Source of the DNA: Kiritimatiellia bacterium
Lineage (GTDB): Bacteria > Verrucomicrobiota > Kiritimatiellia > RFP12 > UBA1067
Assembly (NCBI GenBank): GCA_050949565.1
Contig: JBMNFY010000006.1
Location: 64,001-128,000 of the forward strand
Reading direction: 5' to 3'
DNA length: 64,000 bases
Below, one piece after another: positions 20,246 through 29,747 of the stretch. Position 1 is the stretch's first letter, and each line of letters starts with the position of its first letter. The position numbers and the translations under genes are program-made. The notes beneath the pieces are model-generated. The model saw only the letters and a program-made list of their open reading frames with translations. It was not told the DNA's origin and ran no database searches.

Positions 20246-21502
20246 ATGATTGCGCGTGAACTGATCCAAGCGGTTCCCAAAAGCGACCTGCACATCCATC
20301 TCGACGGCTCAATGCGCGTTGCCACGCTCATTGAACTGGCGCGCGAGCAGGGGGTCGAGCTGCCGTCGTACGAGATTGAAGGACTCAACGAGCTGGTGTT
20401 CAAGCCGGTCTATCGCGATCTACCCGAGTACCTTGCCGGTTTCCAATACACCTGTGCTGTGTTGCGCTCGTTCGAGGCGATGGAACGCGCGGCTTTCGAA
20501 TTGGCTGAAGACGCGATTGAGCAGGGCGTGCGTTATGTCGAGGTCCGTTTCGCTCCGCAATTGCTGGTGCCGACCGGCGAGGCCTGCGTGCGCGCACTCA
20601 AGGCGGTGGGCGATGGTCTGGGCCGTGCCGCGCGTCAGCACGGTGCGTCGCCCGCTGTGCAACAGGGAGAGGACATCCCGTTCGAGTGGGCGATCATCTG
20701 CTGTGCGATGCGCAACTTCACGCGCGGCATGGGCACGTATTATGACAGTCTGCTGGATCTGCTGCCCGGCATGGCGCACAAGAACTTGGTCGCCACCGCC
20801 TCGCTCGAAGCGGTGCATGCCGCAGTGGTCGCGCGCGACTGCCACGGTGTGCCGGTCACCGGTTTCGATCTGGCCGGCGAGGAGGCGGGCTATCCGGCGA
20901 GCCACCACGATGCCGCCTACGAAGAGGCCCACCGCCATTTCTTGCGCAAGACGGTTCACGCCGGCGAGGCGTACGGACCGGAGTCGATCTATGCCGCGAT
21001 TGTTCGTTGTCACGCTGAGCGCATCGGCCACGGCACGTTTGTTTTCGATGATAGTCGTGTGTATGGGCGCGACATCAAAGATAAAGCGGCCTATGCCGAC
21101 GAACTGGCCGAGTACATCGCCACCATGCGTATTACCGTCGAGGTCTGCCCCACCAGCAACTTGCAGACGATCCCGGAATTGGCGGGCGATATCCGCAATC
21201 ATCCTGTCAAGCGCATGATCGAACGCGGTATGGCCGTGGCCATCGCGACCGACAACACTCTGGTCTCGCACACCGACCTGAATCGCGAACTGGCCTTGGT
21301 GAGTGACGTCTGCGCGTTGGATCTCGCTGGCTTCAAGCGTCTGGTGCTGGCCGGTTTCAAGGGGGCGTTCTACCCTGGACGATACATGGAGAAGCGTGCG
21401 TTCGTGCGGCGGGCGGCCGAGCGGTTTGAACGTCTTGTCGCACGCTTCAAACGGGCGACGGCCAACAACAATGGCGGCGGGGGGAAGACATGCGTTTCCT
21501 GA
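20246..21502 (+). CDS. add: Adenosine deaminase family protein
   Basis: PKSDLHIHLDGS, YVEVRFAP, GFDLAGEE, TVHAGE, RIGHG, EVCPTSN, TDN. Confidence 0.9.
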   Translation: MIARELIQAVPKSDLHIHLDGSMRVATLIELAREQGVELPSYEIEGLNELVFKPVYRDLPEYLAGFQYTCAVLRSFEAMERAAFELAEDAIEQGVRYVEVRFAPQLLVPTGEACVRALKAVGDGLGRAARQHGASPAVQQGEDIPFEWAIICCAMRNFTRGMGTYYDSLLDLLPGMAHKNLVATASLEAVHAAVVARDCHGVPVTGFDLAGEEAGYPASHHDAAYEEAHRHFLRKTVHAGEAYGPESIYAAIVRCHAERIGHGTFVFDDSRVYGRDIKDKAAYADELAEYIATMRITVEVCPTSNLQTIPELAGDIRNHPVKRMIERGMAVAIATDNTLVSHTDLNRELALVSDVCALDLAGFKRLVLAGFKGAFYPGRYMEKRAFVRRAAERFERLVARFKRATANNNGGGGKTCVS

Positions 21503-23070
21503 CTGTCGAGCAGATGCGCGCGGCGGATCGCGCGGCCATCGATGAAGCGCACATCCCAGAGATGATGCTGATGACGCGCGCCGGCACGGCGTTGGCACGG
21601 ATGACTGCCCGCGTGGCGGCACTACGCGGCGCGCGCAGCATCGTGCTGGTCGCTGGACATGGCAACAATGGCGGTGACGCCAGTGTGGCGGCACGCTGTC
21701 TGTTTGAAGAGGGTTTCCGCGTGCAGGTGATTATGACCTGCGTGCCGGCAGTACTCAAGGGTGCGGCGCGTATGGCGTGGGACGAAATGCGCACGGCCGG
21801 CGTGCCGTATGTGGTGCTAGCCTCGCCTGAGAGTTGGCGAGAGGATATCGCTGTCAGTTCCGGCACCGTGGTACGTAATAGCGTGATCGTCGATGGTGTG
21901 CTGGGCACCGGTTGCCGCGGCGCTCCGACCGGCGCGGCGGAGCAGGTCATCCTGTGGATCAACCGCATGCGGCCCTACGCCGCAGTGGTCGCCGCCGACC
22001 TGCCTTCCGGCATGAACGGCGACACCGGCGAAACGCCCGGTGCGGCGGTTCACGCCGATGTCACGGTGACCTTCGCGCGGCCTAAACGCTGCGTCCTGAA
22101 TGATGCTCAGGCGTGGCGTGTTGGACACCTGACGGTGGCGGACATCGGTATCCCTGATGAATTGTGCGACCGCGATACGGCGGATGAGCCTTGCCGTTTG
22201 ATCGCGCTGCCCACGTTGGCGCGGACGTTCGCGCCGCGCGCGTGGGATGCGCACAAGGGGAGTTGCGGGCATCTCTGTGTGATCGGCGGTTCGGAAGGGC
22301 TGGCGCACGCGCCGGTGTTGGCGGCGCTCGGTGCACTGCGTAGCGGGGCGGGGCTGGTGACGCTGGCGCTGCCGGCAGTCGGTGCCGCTGCTGCTGCGGC
22401 GTGGACGCCGGAGGCGATGGCGCATCTGCTGCCGACAGCGAACGGTGCGATTTCAAAGACGTCGCTGGCTGAGTGGGGCGGTGGCTTCACACGGTTTGAC
22501 GGCGTGGTGGCCGGGCCGGGGCTGGGCACGTCAGCAGAGGCGCGCGACGTGGTTGCGCACCTGCTCGACACGGTGCCGCATCGGTTGGTGCTGGATGCGG
22601 ACGCGCTGACGCTGCTGGCCGCGTTACAGGCTGAAGGGGCGTGGCAGCCGCGCGAGAGACAAGAACGTGTACTGACGCCGCATCCGGGCGAGGCCGCGCG
22701 ACTGCTGGGAATCACAGCGGCGGAGGTGCAGGCCGACCGCCTCGACGCGGTGCAGCGTTTGGCTGAACGGTATCAGGCGACGGTCGTGCTCAAGGGCGCG
22801 GGAACGTTGGTGTGCACACCGGGCGGTACGCCGCGACTCAACCGCACTGGCAACCCCGGCATGGCGTGCGGCGGCATGGGCGATGTACTGGCCGGCATGG
22901 TGGGTGCGCTCTGGGTGCAGGGACTGCATGCGGAGGCCGCCGCCGCGACAGCGGTGTGGGCACACGGCACGGCGGGCGATGAAGCGGTCTGGGCTGAAGG
23001 ACAGACCGCCCTCAGCGCAACCGCGCTTGCGCACCGCTTGGGAGCGGTCTATCGTCTGCTCGAACGCTGA
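21490..23070 (+). CDS. nnr: Bifunctional NAD(P)HX epimerase/dehydratase (YjeF)
   Basis: GHGNNGGD, DGVLGTG, DLPSG; HKG, GAGLV, GPGLG, LDADAL, LTPHPGEAARL, GMGDVLAG. Confidence 0.93.
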   Translation: MRFLTVEQMRAADRAAIDEAHIPEMMLMTRAGTALARMTARVAALRGARSIVLVAGHGNNGGDASVAARCLFEEGFRVQVIMTCVPAVLKGAARMAWDEMRTAGVPYVVLASPESWREDIAVSSGTVVRNSVIVDGVLGTGCRGAPTGAAEQVILWINRMRPYAAVVAADLPSGMNGDTGETPGAAVHADVTVTFARPKRCVLNDAQAWRVGHLTVADIGIPDELCDRDTADEPCRLIALPTLARTFAPRAWDAHKGSCGHLCVIGGSEGLAHAPVLAALGALRSGAGLVTLALPAVGAAAAAAWTPEAMAHLLPTANGAISKTSLAEWGGGFTRFDGVVAGPGLGTSAEARDVVAHLLDTVPHRLVLDADALTLLAALQAEGAWQPRERQERVLTPHPGEAARLLGITAAEVQADRLDAVQRLAERYQATVVLKGAGTLVCTPGGTPRLNRTGNPGMACGGMGDVLAGMVGALWVQGLHAEAAAATAVWAHGTAGDEAVWAEGQTALSATALAHRLGAVYRLLER

Positions 23071-23079
23071 TTGGTGGTT

Positions 23080-23367
23080 TTACCCTAAAAAGAGCAGTTG
23101 AACCTTCAACTCTCTTTGGTTTCTGGTTTCAAGGTTTCATGGTTTCATCCAAATCGGGATCGGGATCGCTATCGGGATCGATTGTTTAACCACGGAACAC
23201 ACCGAACACACGGAAAGGCATGGCTCTGTTTCCGTGTGTTCCGTGGTTCCGTGGTTCCAATCAGAAATTGCGTTCTGCACCAAATAGGTGCGGCGCGGAT
23301 ATCAACGGAAGCCAATGTTTACGGGGCTTTGCTCAAAATCTGCATGCTCAACTGCTCTTTTTAGGTT
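23080..23367. mobile_element. MITE-like element with perfect 18-bp terminal inverted repeats and internal short repeats
   Basis: CCTAAAAAGAGCAGTTGA 23084-23101 and its exact reverse complement TCAACTGCTCTTTTTAGG 23348-23365; no credible internal ORF. Confidence 0.7.
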
Positions 23368-24186
23368 TACTTTCTGCTGGGCTTCATGGCGGCGGCGTAG
23401 CCGCAAGAACCAGATGCCGCACAGCGGGATCGACGCGAGATAGAGAAGGCCGATCACGCCTAGTGTCAGCCAGAACTGCGAGACCAGCATGCCGATGGCA
23501 AACATGACGGCAAGTAGAACCGGCACCACACGTTTGGCTGGAATGCGAAGGTGCTTCGCTGAGATGGTCGGGGCACGGCTCGCCATGAGGATGCCACACA
23601 CGACCAGCATGGCGCAACCCACCCATGGCGATTGAATAGCGGTACTCTCGGTATGTAGTTGCCAGACGATAGGCGTCATCAAAATGCCCGCGCCGCCGGG
23701 GGCCGGCAGTCCCATGAAAAAGTGCTTCCAGTACGGTTGTGTGGGGCCTGCATCCAGCATGACGTTGAACCGGGCCAGGCGAAACGCGCAGCACATCGCA
23801 TGGAACAGGGCCAGTGCCCAGAAGAGACCGCGAAGGTCATAGGCGAAGCTTTCGGGCGAAACGACCTGCATGATCCAGAAATACATCAGCAGGGCCGGTG
23901 CCACGCCGAAGCTGACGAAATCAGCGAGCGAATCCAATTGCGCGCCTAGCTTGGAGGTGCTGCGCAGCATCCGGGCGACACTTCCGTCGAGCCCGTCCAG
24001 CACGCAGGCAATGAGGATCGCGACGACGGCCGGTCGCCAATGCTCCTGGCAACTGTAGCGGATTGACGTGATGCCGCTGGCGGCGGCCAGAAGCGTGATC
24101 AGATTCGGGATCATCGTGCGGATCGGGATTTCGCGCGGGATGCGCGGCTTGCGTTTACGTTTTTTACGGAATCTGAATTTCCCCAT
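23302..24186 (-). CDS. pssA: CDP-diacylglycerol--serine O-phosphatidyltransferase
   Basis: PNLITL, DGLDGSVAR...GAQLDSLADFVSFGVAP, RLARFN, FMGLPAP; downstream of psd. Confidence 0.9.
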   Translation of the reverse strand: MGKFRFRKKRKRKPRIPREIPIRTMIPNLITLLAAASGITSIRYSCQEHWRPAVVAILIACVLDGLDGSVARMLRSTSKLGAQLDSLADFVSFGVAPALLMYFWIMQVVSPESFAYDLRGLFWALALFHAMCCAFRLARFNVMLDAGPTQPYWKHFFMGLPAPGGAGILMTPIVWQLHTESTAIQSPWVGCAMLVVCGILMASRAPTISAKHLRIPAKRVVPVLLAVMFAIGMLVSQFWLTLGVIGLLYLASIPLCGIWFLRLRRRHEAQQKVNLKRAVEHADFEQSPVNIGFR

Positions 24187-24207
24187 AACACCACTCCCGA
24201 AAAGCGT

Positions 24208-24879
24208 TTAGAGCCGCGCAATGGGCGTTTCGCCCGCGACCATGGTTTGCCCGATGTGCACACAGGGTTCGACGCCGGGCGGCAGATAGACGTCTACGCG
24301 ACTGCCGAACCGGATCAGTCCGAACCGTTCGCCGGAGACTAAGGTCTGCCCCTCTTGGACAAAGCTGACGATGCGGCGTGCGATGAGCCCTGCGATTTGA
24401 ACGAAGGCGAGCGTCTGACCGGCGGGGGTCTGTGTCAGGTAGAGCATTCGTTCATTGCTGTCGCTGGCCTTGTCCAGAGAAGCATTCAAAAAAGCGCCGG
24501 GAATGTAGTGTTTTTTTACCACGGTGCCGGCGATCGGCATCCGGTTGACATGGACATCCAACACGCTCATAAACACGCTGACGCGCCAGACCGGGCGATC
24601 CCCCGCTTCGAGGACAGCGGGAATCGGCACCTGCATCAACAGGCAGACGATGCCGTCGGCGGGACTGAAGAGCGTCTGCGGATCGTCAGGCGTGATCCGT
24701 TCCGGGTCCCTGAAAAAAAGAAAGACGCCGTAGGTTAGGAGCAGGCCCACGAAAAAAAGCGGCGGCCAAATCACGGCGGCCAGCAGGGCACATGCTCCCG
24801 CGATCCAAACAAAGCGCCGCCCTTCCCGGTGCATGGGCGGTAATAGGAAACGTCGGACTGAGAGGTCAGGCGCAGACAT
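24208..24879 (-). CDS. psd: Phosphatidylserine decarboxylase
   Basis: FFRDPER, SPADG, FMSVLDVHVNR, QIAGLIARRI, IRFGSRVD self-cleavage motif. Confidence 0.93.
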   Translation of the reverse strand: MSAPDLSVRRFLLPPMHREGRRFVWIAGACALLAAVIWPPLFFVGLLLTYGVFLFFRDPERITPDDPQTLFSPADGIVCLLMQVPIPAVLEAGDRPVWRVSVFMSVLDVHVNRMPIAGTVVKKHYIPGAFLNASLDKASDSNERMLYLTQTPAGQTLAFVQIAGLIARRIVSFVQEGQTLVSGERFGLIRFGSRVDVYLPPGVEPCVHIGQTMVAGETPIARL

Positions 24880-24886
24880 AGATGGA

Positions 24887-25321
24887 TCACGCCTCACGTT
24901 TGCGGCGACGGGCGGAAGAGCGCGGAGCCGGATCCACCGCGCGCGGTTCATACGGCTTCACGAAAACGTCGTTGAAGTCGTACACCTGCTTAAAATCATC
25001 GCGGCTGTCGCTCTCCGTTTTGCCCAGGCGACCCGCATCCACCAGATTGAAAACGATTTCGCCGAAATCCTCCGTCGTATGGATGCCCCACTCGGAGAAG
25101 ACCGTGAAGGCCAAGGGGCCGAATTCGTCTAATGCAAACTCCTTGATGCCCTCCAGCAACTCTTGGCCGGTGACATGGCGGGGATGATGGCCCGACTGGC
25201 ATCTGTTCAGTTTTTTGACGGTCACATCAAGTGCTTCAACGATAAATTCGTAAGCATCGGGATGATAACGCGTGTCCTTCTTGCAAATGTCGCGGACGGT
25301 TTCTTGGAACGAAGGATTCAT
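24887..25321 (-). CDS. Minf_1886 family protein (PVC-restricted)
   Basis: DTRY..DAYEF, HVTGQELLEG, FGPLA..V..EWGI..TEDFGEIVFNLV. Confidence 0.85.
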   Translation of the reverse strand: MNPSFQETVRDICKKDTRYHPDAYEFIVEALDVTVKKLNRCQSGHHPRHVTGQELLEGIKEFALDEFGPLAFTVFSEWGIHTTEDFGEIVFNLVDAGRLGKTESDSRDDFKQVYDFNDVFVKPYEPRAVDPAPRSSARRRKREA

Positions 25322-25347
25322 GAGTGGGTCGGAAGAATAGGGGGATG

Positions 25348-25761
25348 TCAGGGCGCGGTTAACCGCTGTTGCAACTCTGCGAGTTCCTGGTCTGGATCGT
25401 CATATGCGCCCGGAATCCAGTTGATGGACTTGCCCGCCCAGCGGGGGACAACATGGATGTGGACATGCGGCACGACCTGCGAGGCACACGCGCCGTTGTT
25501 TTGCAGCAGGTTGAAGCCGTCACACGGCAACTTCTCAAGCAGTCGGGCCGCTACGCGTTGCACGGCCTGGCCCATTGCGTCAAGCGATGCGGCAGGCAGG
25601 TCGGTGAAGTATGCGGCATGGTGTTTGCTGACCACCAGGGTGTGTCCCTTTTCAAAGGGGGCGATATCCAGAAAAGCAAGTGTGTGCTCGTCTTCGTAGA
25701 TCGTGTAGGCCGGCATCTGTCCGGCAATGATTTTACAGAAAATGCAGTTGGGGTCTGTCAC
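25348..25761 (-). CDS. HIT family protein
   Basis: CIFCKII, AFLDI.P..GHTLV, SQVVPHVHIHVVPR; GTG start with GGAGA upstream. Confidence 0.93.
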   Translation of the reverse strand: MTDPNCIFCKIIAGQMPAYTIYEDEHTLAFLDIAPFEKGHTLVVSKHHAAYFTDLPAASLDAMGQAVQRVAARLLEKLPCDGFNLLQNNGACASQVVPHVHIHVVPRWAGKSINWIPGAYDDPDQELAELQQRLTAP

Positions 25762-25788
25762 GGCCACTCTCCGTATGATGGTGGTCAA

Positions 25789-25865
25789 TGGTGGGCCCAG
25801 CAGGGCTCGAACCTGCGACCAAAGGATTATGAGTCCTCCGCTCTGACCGACTGAGCTATGGGCCC
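25789..25865 (-). tRNA. tRNA-Ile2 (CAT anticodon, lysidine type; elongator Met less likely)
   Basis: Reverse complement GGGCCCATAGCTCAGTCGGTCAGAGCGGAGGACTCATAATCCTTTGGTCGCAGGTTCGAGCCCTGCTGGGCCCACCA; cloverleaf, TTCGA, encoded CCA. Confidence 0.9.
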
Positions 25866-26007
25866 GTGGAATATCGGCTATACTATAACAAGGCGGGACG
25901 GCGCGTTCAATGTCAAAGGAGAGTGAATACGAAACCAGAAACCAAACAACTCCTGCTTGACGGCGGCGTACGCCTCTGACACCCTTGGTTGCAACGGGTG
26001 AGTCGGC

Positions 26008-26421
26008 ATGCATGATGGATTTGTTAATCTGCGCGTTTCTAAGGACAGTAACATAGCGGATTTGCGCAAATTGAGCCGGGTTTGGCAGACGCACGACAAT
26101 GTAACAATGGACGTAGAGTCTATGTCGCTGGAAGAGGTGCGTCGCTTGACGTTAGACATCCTTCCGCATCTACCGGATTCTTTTATGGAGGGAGTGCTCT
26201 GCGAATTTGCGACTATTCCCGAGCTTCCCGATGATCTCGTTCGCTTGATATTCGCGCACGGAGATGCGGAATGCAAAATTGCTGTCGCCTTGCGTGAAAA
26301 ACTCCCCGAAGAAGTGCATGCGGCATGTCGGAACACGTCAGATGATGACGTGAGGGAGCACTATTTTCAAAAACATGGTGCGCCGAACATTCGAGGACAC
26401 GCCCCCCCAGCTTGTTCGTGA
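26008..26421 (+). CDS. Hypothetical protein (AT-rich islet)
   Basis: 137-aa ORF, acidic helical composition, no recognised motif; start uncertain. Confidence 0.55.
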   Translation: MHDGFVNLRVSKDSNIADLRKLSRVWQTHDNVTMDVESMSLEEVRRLTLDILPHLPDSFMEGVLCEFATIPELPDDLVRLIFAHGDAECKIAVALREKLPEEVHAACRNTSDDDVREHYFQKHGAPNIRGHAPPACS

Positions 26422-26489
26422 CAGACGCTTCCGATCATGGGAGCGGTTATGGACGAGTGACACCCGGGGCGAGGAACACGAGAAAAGCG

Positions 26490-26780
26490 GTGTTTGAGCC
26501 TTTTATATTATGCGCGAGTTTCTTGGCATTCGTGGTTGTTTTTTTACCCGGTATAACAATCTCGACAGGATGGTTGCTTGCAAATAACCGACCGATCATG
26601 TTTGTAATACTGAACGCACTTTACTTGGTCGTAATCGTGGTGCCGCTTCTCATAGGTTACAAAAGACTGAAACACGAGCCCGATAGATTTAAAGGGTATT
26701 GGTTGTTTAGGATGACACTACTGTTTATGGTTTTGCATTTCTTGGGCGTGTTTGGGTTTGCAATAGCCTTAAAAAAGTAG
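26490..26780 (+). CDS. Small hypothetical membrane protein (about 3 TM segments)
   Basis: Three hydrophobic stretches; GTG start inferred within ORF 26412-26780. Confidence 0.6.
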   Translation: MFEPFILCASFLAFVVVFLPGITISTGWLLANNRPIMFVILNALYLVVIVVPLLIGYKRLKHEPDRFKGYWLFRMTLLFMVLHFLGVFGFAIALKK

Positions 26781-26908
26781 AAACATGGTTAAAAATGGCG
26801 ACGGTGAAGAAAGAGCGATTGTTGCCGCAATACAATCCTGTCAAGGGTAACCCCTTTTGTGACGAACACTGCAACGGCTGATGGCCGATGTTATCGGGAG
26901 ATTGGGAC

Positions 26909-27340
26909 ATGGACAAAATCTACCTTCTGGCTTTTGGTGCTGTATGCGTCGTTACCTATCTTTGTTTTGGGAGTCGGCTTTATGTTAGGCTGGCCGTGGC
27001 GGGCGGATTTTTTCTGTGTTGGGCATGTGTTTTCCCCAATATGCAGTTTAACACTGCGTACGTGATGGCGAACTGCGTCACTTCTTTTACACAGCACATT
27101 TCTGAATTGTTGAAGGCTGAAAAATATGAGGACGCGAACAAAAAACTGACAGCGTTCAATTTGGGGTTCCGCTCCGTAGTCACAGATGAAATGGAGATGA
27201 GGCGGTTTGTTGAGAACCTCATCGCACTAAGAGAGAAAGTCCCAAGGGAACAAAGTAGGATTCAGAGCACTCCCCCAATGTCTAAAAAAACGTCCAACGC
27301 CGAACGCCGAAGTGGAAAAATCCTAAATCCTAAATCCTAA
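26909..27340 (+). CDS. Hypothetical membrane-anchored protein
   Basis: GGGAG upstream of ATG; two N-terminal hydrophobic segments; C-terminus runs into the heptamer repeat. Confidence 0.6.
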   Translation: MDKIYLLAFGAVCVVTYLCFGSRLYVRLAVAGGFFLCWACVFPNMQFNTAYVMANCVTSFTQHISELLKAEKYEDANKKLTAFNLGFRSVVTDEMEMRRFVENLIALREKVPREQSRIQSTPPMSKKTSNAERRSGKILNPKS

Positions 27341-27345
27341 ATCCT
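27318..27345 (+). repeat. (AAATCCT)x4 tandem heptamer
   Basis: Four perfect copies plus a degenerate fifth; related degenerate run at 56726-56754. Confidence 0.95.
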
Positions 27346-27471
27346 AAATTTCTAACTCCACACATAGCGCGGGTCGCGCTTTGTGCGGGAAAATGGTTTG
27401 GATTGATTTCAGCGTCCGGACAGGGTACGCTACTGTGAATCATTTTTCCCTATGAAAAGGAGACTTTGCAA

Positions 27472-28713
27472 ATGGCTTTGACGTTATCAGATCTTAAGGG
27501 CAAGACGGTGGGTGCTTGCGTGTCGGGTGGCTTGGATAGCCGCACGATCGCTAAGGTGATGGTGGAGGCGGGTGTGAAGGTAGTGGCGTTCTCCGCCGAT
27601 CTGGCGCAGCCGGATGAAAAGGACATCACGGATATCAAGACGCGCATGGCACCGTGCGGGGTCGATACGGTCATCGTGGATCTTAAAGAGCCGATGGCTG
27701 AGGCGTGCTTTCAGGTGATCGAAGCGCAGGCGATGTATGATGGCGGTTATTGGAATTCGACCGGTATCGCACGCGCCGTCACCGTGCGCGGTCTGATCCC
27801 GGAGATGAAGAAGCGCGGCTGCACGGTGTTGGTGCACGGCGCGACCGGACGCGGCAACGACCAGATGCGTTTCGAGCGTTACACCAACGTGCTGGCGCCC
27901 GCGATGCAGGTCTATGCGCCATGGCGCGATGCCGGTCTGCTGACGAAGTTCCCCGGCCGCACGCAGATGGTCGACTATCTGGCGCAGTTCGGTATCAAGG
28001 CGTTTGTCGGCACCAAGAAGAAGTACTCGACCGACGCCAATCTGGCCGGTCTTTCGCACGAGGCTGAAGACTTGGAGAGCCTGAAGACGTCGATGCTGAT
28101 CGTCGAGCCGACGATGGGCGTCTGGCCGCAGCAAGCGCCGGACAAGATCGAGAACGTAACGGTGCGCTTCAACAAGGGCCGGGCCGTGCAGATCAATGGC
28201 AAGGATGTGTCGCCGCTGGAGGCGATGCAGCTCGCCAACAAGTTGGCCGGGCGCAACGGCATCGGTATGAAGCACGCGCTTGAGAACCGCATCATCGGCA
28301 CCAAGAGCCGCGGCGTGTACGAGGCCCCCGGCATGGAGCTGCTGGCCACCTGTCTGCGCTATGTTTATCAGGCGACGCTCGACCGCCGCGCGGGTCTGCT
28401 TTTCGGACAGCTCTCGAAGCTGGTCGCCGACCAGATTTACGACGGCCGCTACTTTGATCCGGTGACCCAGGCGGCGCGCGCCGCGATCGGGACGTTTGCC
28501 AAGCACGCGTCCGGCACGGTGTCGGTCGGGCTCTACAAGGGCAGTATCTTTTTCAATGCGCTTGCCGACTGCAAGGCCTCTATCTACAACGAGGCCGATT
28601 CGTCGATGGAGGCGAGCGACGGGCTTAATCCGGTCAGTTCGCAGGGGTTCGCCGAGATCCAGAGCGTCGAGGCACGCATGTTGGCGCGGGCCGGTCAGAT
28701 CGTGGCCAAGTAG
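27472..28713 (+). CDS. argG: Argininosuccinate synthase
   Basis: SGGLDS, HGATGRGNDQMRF, YSTDANL..SHE, ENRIIGTKSRGVYEAPG. Confidence 0.95.
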   Translation: MALTLSDLKGKTVGACVSGGLDSRTIAKVMVEAGVKVVAFSADLAQPDEKDITDIKTRMAPCGVDTVIVDLKEPMAEACFQVIEAQAMYDGGYWNSTGIARAVTVRGLIPEMKKRGCTVLVHGATGRGNDQMRFERYTNVLAPAMQVYAPWRDAGLLTKFPGRTQMVDYLAQFGIKAFVGTKKKYSTDANLAGLSHEAEDLESLKTSMLIVEPTMGVWPQQAPDKIENVTVRFNKGRAVQINGKDVSPLEAMQLANKLAGRNGIGMKHALENRIIGTKSRGVYEAPGMELLATCLRYVYQATLDRRAGLLFGQLSKLVADQIYDGRYFDPVTQAARAAIGTFAKHASGTVSVGLYKGSIFFNALADCKASIYNEADSSMEASDGLNPVSSQGFAEIQSVEARMLARAGQIVAK

Positions 28714-28745
28714 TGTTGTGACCAAGCAGTAAGGGAGGGACGGAC

Positions 28746-29735
28746 ATGCCGAATCTCAAAACTTCATATCTCGGGCTCGAATTGAAGAATCCACTGGTGG
28801 TCAGTTCCAGCCCGCTGACAGACAACGTGACGTCAGTCAAGCAGTTGGAGGAGGCCGGTGCCGCTGCGATCGTCATGCGCTCGATCTTTGAAGAGCAGAT
28901 CGAGGCAGATGTGGCGGAGATGGCGGCATCGCTGGCAGGTGATACCAGCATGGCCGCCATTGAATATATGCGTGCCGACCTTCTGGGACAACTCGGGCCG
29001 GAGAAGTATGTCGAAAAGCTTCGGGCGATGCGCATGGCCGTGAAGATCCCGATCATTGCCAGCATCAACTGCGTGAAGGCGGCGAATTGGATCACCTACG
29101 CCAAGAAGCTGGAGCGCGCCGGGGCCGATGCGATTGAGCTGAACCTCTATCACATGCCGGTGGATCCGGAGGAGGACGCGGCGTCGGTGGAGGCGCGCCG
29201 GTTGCAGGTGGTCAAGACGATCCGCAACGAGGTCAAGGTGCCGATCACGGTCAAGTTGAGCAAACACTACACATCGTTGCTCTCCTTTGCGCGCATGTTG
29301 GATGCGGCGGGAGTGTGCGGCATGGTGCTGTTCAATCGCTTTTTGCAGACGCAGATCGATACCGAGACGGAGTCGATCTTTTACGCGCATGACTACTCGT
29401 CGCCGCATGTGTTGCACTCGCAGTTGCGCTGGACGGCGGTAATCCGCGACTGGGTGCGCTGCAGCGTGGCGATTAGCGGCGGCATCCACTCCGGCGAAGA
29501 TTTGGCCAGAGCGTTGTTGGTCGGTGCGGATGTCGGTTATGTCTGTTCGGTGCTGTATGTGCGGGAGGACTTTGGGGTCATTCAGGAGATTCTGGACAAC
29601 CTCTCCGCTTGGATGGCGGACAAAGGCTACGCCTCCTTATCGGAGTTCCGAGGCAAGTTGCGTGAGAGCAACCTGCGTGACGGCAACGGCTTCGAGCGCA
29701 TGCAGTACGTGAAGGCCGCTACCAAGCTGTCGTGA
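28746..29735 (+). CDS. Dihydroorotate dehydrogenase-like flavoprotein
   Basis: YLGLELKNP, SIFEEQI, IPIIASIN, GADAIELN, LFNRF, SGGIHS, FERMQY. Confidence 0.85.
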   Translation: MPNLKTSYLGLELKNPLVVSSSPLTDNVTSVKQLEEAGAAAIVMRSIFEEQIEADVAEMAASLAGDTSMAAIEYMRADLLGQLGPEKYVEKLRAMRMAVKIPIIASINCVKAANWITYAKKLERAGADAIELNLYHMPVDPEEDAASVEARRLQVVKTIRNEVKVPITVKLSKHYTSLLSFARMLDAAGVCGMVLFNRFLQTQIDTETESIFYAHDYSSPHVLHSQLRWTAVIRDWVRCSVAISGGIHSGEDLARALLVGADVGYVCSVLYVREDFGVIQEILDNLSAWMADKGYASLSEFRGKLRESNLRDGNGFERMQYVKAATKLS

Positions 29736-29747
29736 GGCCGCCCGGCT

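Noticed and set aside
25762-26094. Long N-terminal extension of the HIT ORF in the ORF track
   Set aside because: It runs through the tRNA-Ile2 gene and its promoter; HIT homology starts at about 25761
27433-27451. Possible ARG box upstream of argG (TGTGAATCATTTTTCC)
   Set aside because: Only one half matches the TGAAT...ATTCA consensus, too weak to call
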